Of a DNA stretch of 64,000 nt, positions 61,383 through 64,000 are shown piece after piece. The stretch's first letter is position 1. Each line of letters starts with the position of its first letter. A program made the position numbers and the translations under genes. The notes under the pieces are model-generated. The model did not search any database. It had not been told where the DNA came from and worked only from the letters and a program-made list of their open reading frames with translations. The DNA lies in assembly GCA_965219955.1 (NCBI GenBank), contig OZ244799.1:3680001-3744000 (forward strand). The letters are read 5' to 3'. The stretch comes from a bacterium. GTDB lineage: Bacteria > UBA8248.

Positions 61383-61870
61383 GTAGGGGCGGTTCGCGAC
61401 CTGTCCCTGTGGGAATCCTCCCTCTCCGGTTGGGGTTCACCCGTAGGGACAACCCCCCGTGGTTGTCCTTTGTCAGGGTGTGGGACAGGCACGGGGGTCT
61501 GTCCCTACGCCGATTGCTGTTTTGGCCGTCATTCCGGCGAAAGCCGGAATCCATTTTTACGCCTTTTGCCTTTTCGCCTCTTCGCTCGGACGTCTTTACT
61601 CCCGGGAGAGGAGGGTCGGAATCGAACGTAAAAACGAAAGGCGAATTCTCTGAATTCCGCACCCGAACGCCGCGCAATAACAAGGTCGTGGCCACCCCGC
61701 CCGGTGAAAAGTCAAAATGGATTCCGGCTTTCGCCGGAATGACGGCGTTGTGGACGGCCTCGAACCATGCGGGAGGGATTGCGGGTGGCATCGCTTTTGC
61801 TCCCCTGACAAGGGGGGGAGTATTCGCCGGCTCGATTGCGGGCGGACACACGGGTCCGCCCCTACGGAAA
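61383..61870. repeat. REP/BIME-like mosaic cluster
   Basis: Several GTAGGG...CCCTAC palindromes; inverted GTCATTCCGGCGAAAGCCGGAATCCA pair at 61528 and 61718. Confidence 0.85.
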
Positions 61871-61914
61871 CCCTTCCTCGGTCGGCAAAACCTCCCTCCC
61901 CGGTCGAGTTCGTT

Positions 61915-62271
61915 CTAAAACAACCGCCCGCCTAACACCGCACCTCTGTCATCCGGCGCGATGAGCACCACCTCGCCCCGCTCATCGGGCACGCCGAGCG
62001 TGAGGACTTCCGACATGAACGGCCCTATCTGCCTCGGCGGGAAGTTCACCACGGCGAGCACGAGCTTTCCTTCCAGTTCTTCCTTCGTGTAAAGCGCCGT
62101 GAGCTGGGCGGATGATTTCCTGACCCCCAGTTCCTCGCCGAAATCGATCCAGAGCTTGTAGGCCGGTTTCCTCGCCTCGGGGAAATCCGCCGCCTCGACC
62201 ACGCGCCCCAGGCGGATGTCCAGCTCCTCAAAATCCTCCATCGTCGCCATTTCCACGTTCTCCCGTTTCAT
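61915..62271 (-). CDS. csaA: tRNA-binding / export chaperone CsaA
   Basis: FPEARKPAYKLWIDFG, KSSAQLT, VNFPPRQIGPFMSEVLTLG. Confidence 0.92.
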   Translation of the reverse strand: MKRENVEMATMEDFEELDIRLGRVVEAADFPEARKPAYKLWIDFGEELGVRKSSAQLTALYTKEELEGKLVLAVVNFPPRQIGPFMSEVLTLGVPDERGEVVLIAPDDRGAVLGGRLF

Positions 62272-62335
62272 GGGCCGTGCGCGTGCGGCGCGCCGGAATC
62301 CGGGGCGGTTTCCCGCACGGGCGCAGGGGCGCGCC

Positions 62336-63229
62336 TCAGTCTATCGGCTCGCCCTGCGTTCTCTCCATCTCGAGAATATCGGCGCGCAGCCTTGTCGTTA
62401 TCGGGCCGGGGGCGGGAATCGGGCGTCCGTCCACCTCGGCCACGGCGTGCACCCGGCTGAAAGAAGAGGTGAGAAAACACTCATCCGCCGTGTAGAGGTC
62501 GTAGAGCGTCAAGTCGGCCTCTTCCGCCGGAATCCCCTCGCGCTCGGCGATTTCGAGGACGACCTTCCGCGTGATGCCGTCGAGCACGTTGTGGGCCTTG
62601 GGCGTCTTGAGCGCGCCGTCCTTCACGACGAAGACGTTCTCCCCCGGCGCCTCCGCCACGAAGCCGCGCACGTCGAGCAGAACCGCCTCGTCGAAGCCCG
62701 ATTCGACGGCCTCGATTCTCGCCATCACGTTGTTGAGGTAGTTGAGCGATTTCACGCGCGCCTCGAAGGACTCGGACGGCACCTTGCGCACCCCCGCCGT
62801 CTTGAGCCGAAGGCCCGCTCCCTTCGCCCTGTAGCTGGAACCCGTCTCGGCGGGCGGGGCGGGGTCGTGCAGGAGCACGGCGAGCGTCGCCTTATCCGTC
62901 ACTCTCGGGTCGAGCAGGGGATAGCCCGCGCCGCGCGATACCACGACGCGGAGGTACACGTCGTCCACTTGGGATCTTCGGACGCATTCCTTGACGATCC
63001 CGGCGATCCGCTCGCGCGTCTCGGGGAGCGTGAGCTTTAAGGCGCGCGCGGAGCGTTCCATGCGGTCGAGGTGTTCGGAGAACTTGAAAATCCGCCGGTT
63101 CGTCACCGTCATGGACTCGAACAGGCCGTCCCCATAGAGAAACCCGTGGTCGAAGGCGGAGACCCTGGCTTCTTCCGCCGCGACGTATTCGCCGTTCACG
63201 TAGCAGGTGTAGGACACGGCCCTATCCAT
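62336..63229 (-). CDS. Class IV PLP aminotransferase (branched-chain aminotransferase IlvE-like)
   Basis: DHGFLYGDGLFE, HLDR, KSLNYLNN, E.PGENVF, LDGITR. Confidence 0.9.
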   Translation of the reverse strand: MDRAVSYTCYVNGEYVAAEEARVSAFDHGFLYGDGLFESMTVTNRRIFKFSEHLDRMERSARALKLTLPETRERIAGIVKECVRRSQVDDVYLRVVVSRGAGYPLLDPRVTDKATLAVLLHDPAPPAETGSSYRAKGAGLRLKTAGVRKVPSESFEARVKSLNYLNNVMARIEAVESGFDEAVLLDVRGFVAEAPGENVFVVKDGALKTPKAHNVLDGITRKVVLEIAEREGIPAEEADLTLYDLYTADECFLTSSFSRVHAVAEVDGRPIPAPGPITTRLRADILEMERTQGEPID

Positions 63230-64000
63230 CCCTTCTCGAGATTTCGAGGATCGCTGCGGCGAAGGCTTCGGGCTTCTCGCGCTGGGCGAAGTGGCCCGCG
63301 CCTTGCACGAGAATCCTCTGGTAGCCGCCCGTGAAATGCCGCTCCTTGCCCTCGGAACTCTCGGGCCGAGACGCCCCGTCCTCGGCGCCTTGCACCAGAA
63401 CCGTCGGGGCGGAGATGTCCGGCAGGCCCGCCATGAAACTCTCCGCGTCCTCGAACTGTGGATCCGGCTCCTCATATCCCCACCGGTAGCGGTAGGAGTG
63501 CATGACGATATCGACGAAATCAGGATTCTGGAACGATTGCGCCGTCGCCTCGTATTCCGCGTCCGAAAAATCCCAGCCAGGCGACCACACCCGCCAGAGT
63601 TCGCGGCAGAAACCGGCGGCGTCCGCCCCCAGCGCATCGCGGCCTCTACCGGTGCAGAAAAACCACTGGTACCAGTACGCGCGCACCTGATCGACCGACA
63701 TCCGCTGTTGGGGGCGGCCCGTGCCGTAACCGGCGGGACTGACGACGAGCGCATTCAGCCGCGCAGGCCGCATGGCGGCTATGCAATAAGAAGCGCGCGC
63801 GCCCCAGTCGTGGCCCACGAGCGTGAAGCGCTCGAGTTCCAGCGCGTCGGCGAAGGCGGTGATGTCGGACGCGATGGCCGTATATTGCGCGCTTCTGGGG
63901 GTGGCGGGGTCGAGAAACCGCGTCGGGCCGTAGCCGCGCACGTAGGGGCAAAGTGTCCTTAGACCTGCGTCGTTCAGGATGGGCGTGACGCGGTCCCACG
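63222..64000 (-). CDS. Alpha/beta hydrolase (epoxide hydrolase-like), 5' end beyond the window
   Basis: RGYGPT, VGHDWGA, YWYQWFF, GAGHF.QREKP. Confidence 0.9.
   Translation of the reverse strand, partial: WDRVTPILNDAGLRTLCPYVRGYGPTRFLDPATPRSAQYTAIASDITAFADALELERFTLVGHDWGARASYCIAAMRPARLNALVVSPAGYGTGRPQQRMSVDQVRAYWYQWFFCTGRGRDALGADAAGFCRELWRVWSPGWDFSDAEYEATAQSFQNPDFVDIVMHSYRYRWGYEEPDPQFEDAESFMAGLPDISAPTVLVQGAEDGASRPESSEGKERHFTGGYQRILVQGAGHFAQREKPEAFAAAILEISRRDG

Overview
High-GC Gram-negative bacterial chromosome segment in three parts. (1) 1-11.3 kb is core-like: cytochrome c', amidohydrolase, gatB/gatA (no gatC), SAM methyltransferase, DAC-domain diadenylate cyclase, DegP/Do protease and two EamA transporters. 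(2) About 11.3-41.5 kb is an integrative/mobilisable island. It carries two tandem tyrosine integrases, HU, a MOB_F (TrwC-like) relaxase without coupling protein or T4SS, a CxxC-repeat protein, ssb, DUF4326, DUF2493 and an RHH protein. These are followed by visibly more AT-rich, defence-like cargo (RHH-GNAT-HTH-ImmA/IrrE operon, class 3 lipase, SF2 helicase-nuclease, TM-HEPN-like, DUF2235, FRG) and IS256 and IS110 remnants. (3) About 42-55 kb is a surface/secreted-protein region: five mosaic paralogous Cys-rich secreted proteins, a TbpB-like lipoprotein, a ricin-B lectin and a lipoprotein-hydrolase-autotransporter. Core genes follow (methyltransferase, rimO, radical SAM, MDMPI-like, a UGA-recoded GrdB/PrdB-like selenoprotein, csaA, class IV aminotransferase, alpha/beta hydrolase). 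The most striking unexplained structure is at 49.6-51.1 kb, with a sixth copy at 52.55 kb: a tandem array of non-coding units, each a TTGACA-N17-GATCAT-type promoter followed by a stem-closed putative RNA of about 95-140 nt (two units partial), located upstream of two lipoprotein genes with homologous signal peptides. All calls come from motif reading by eye; no database searches or folding computations were run.
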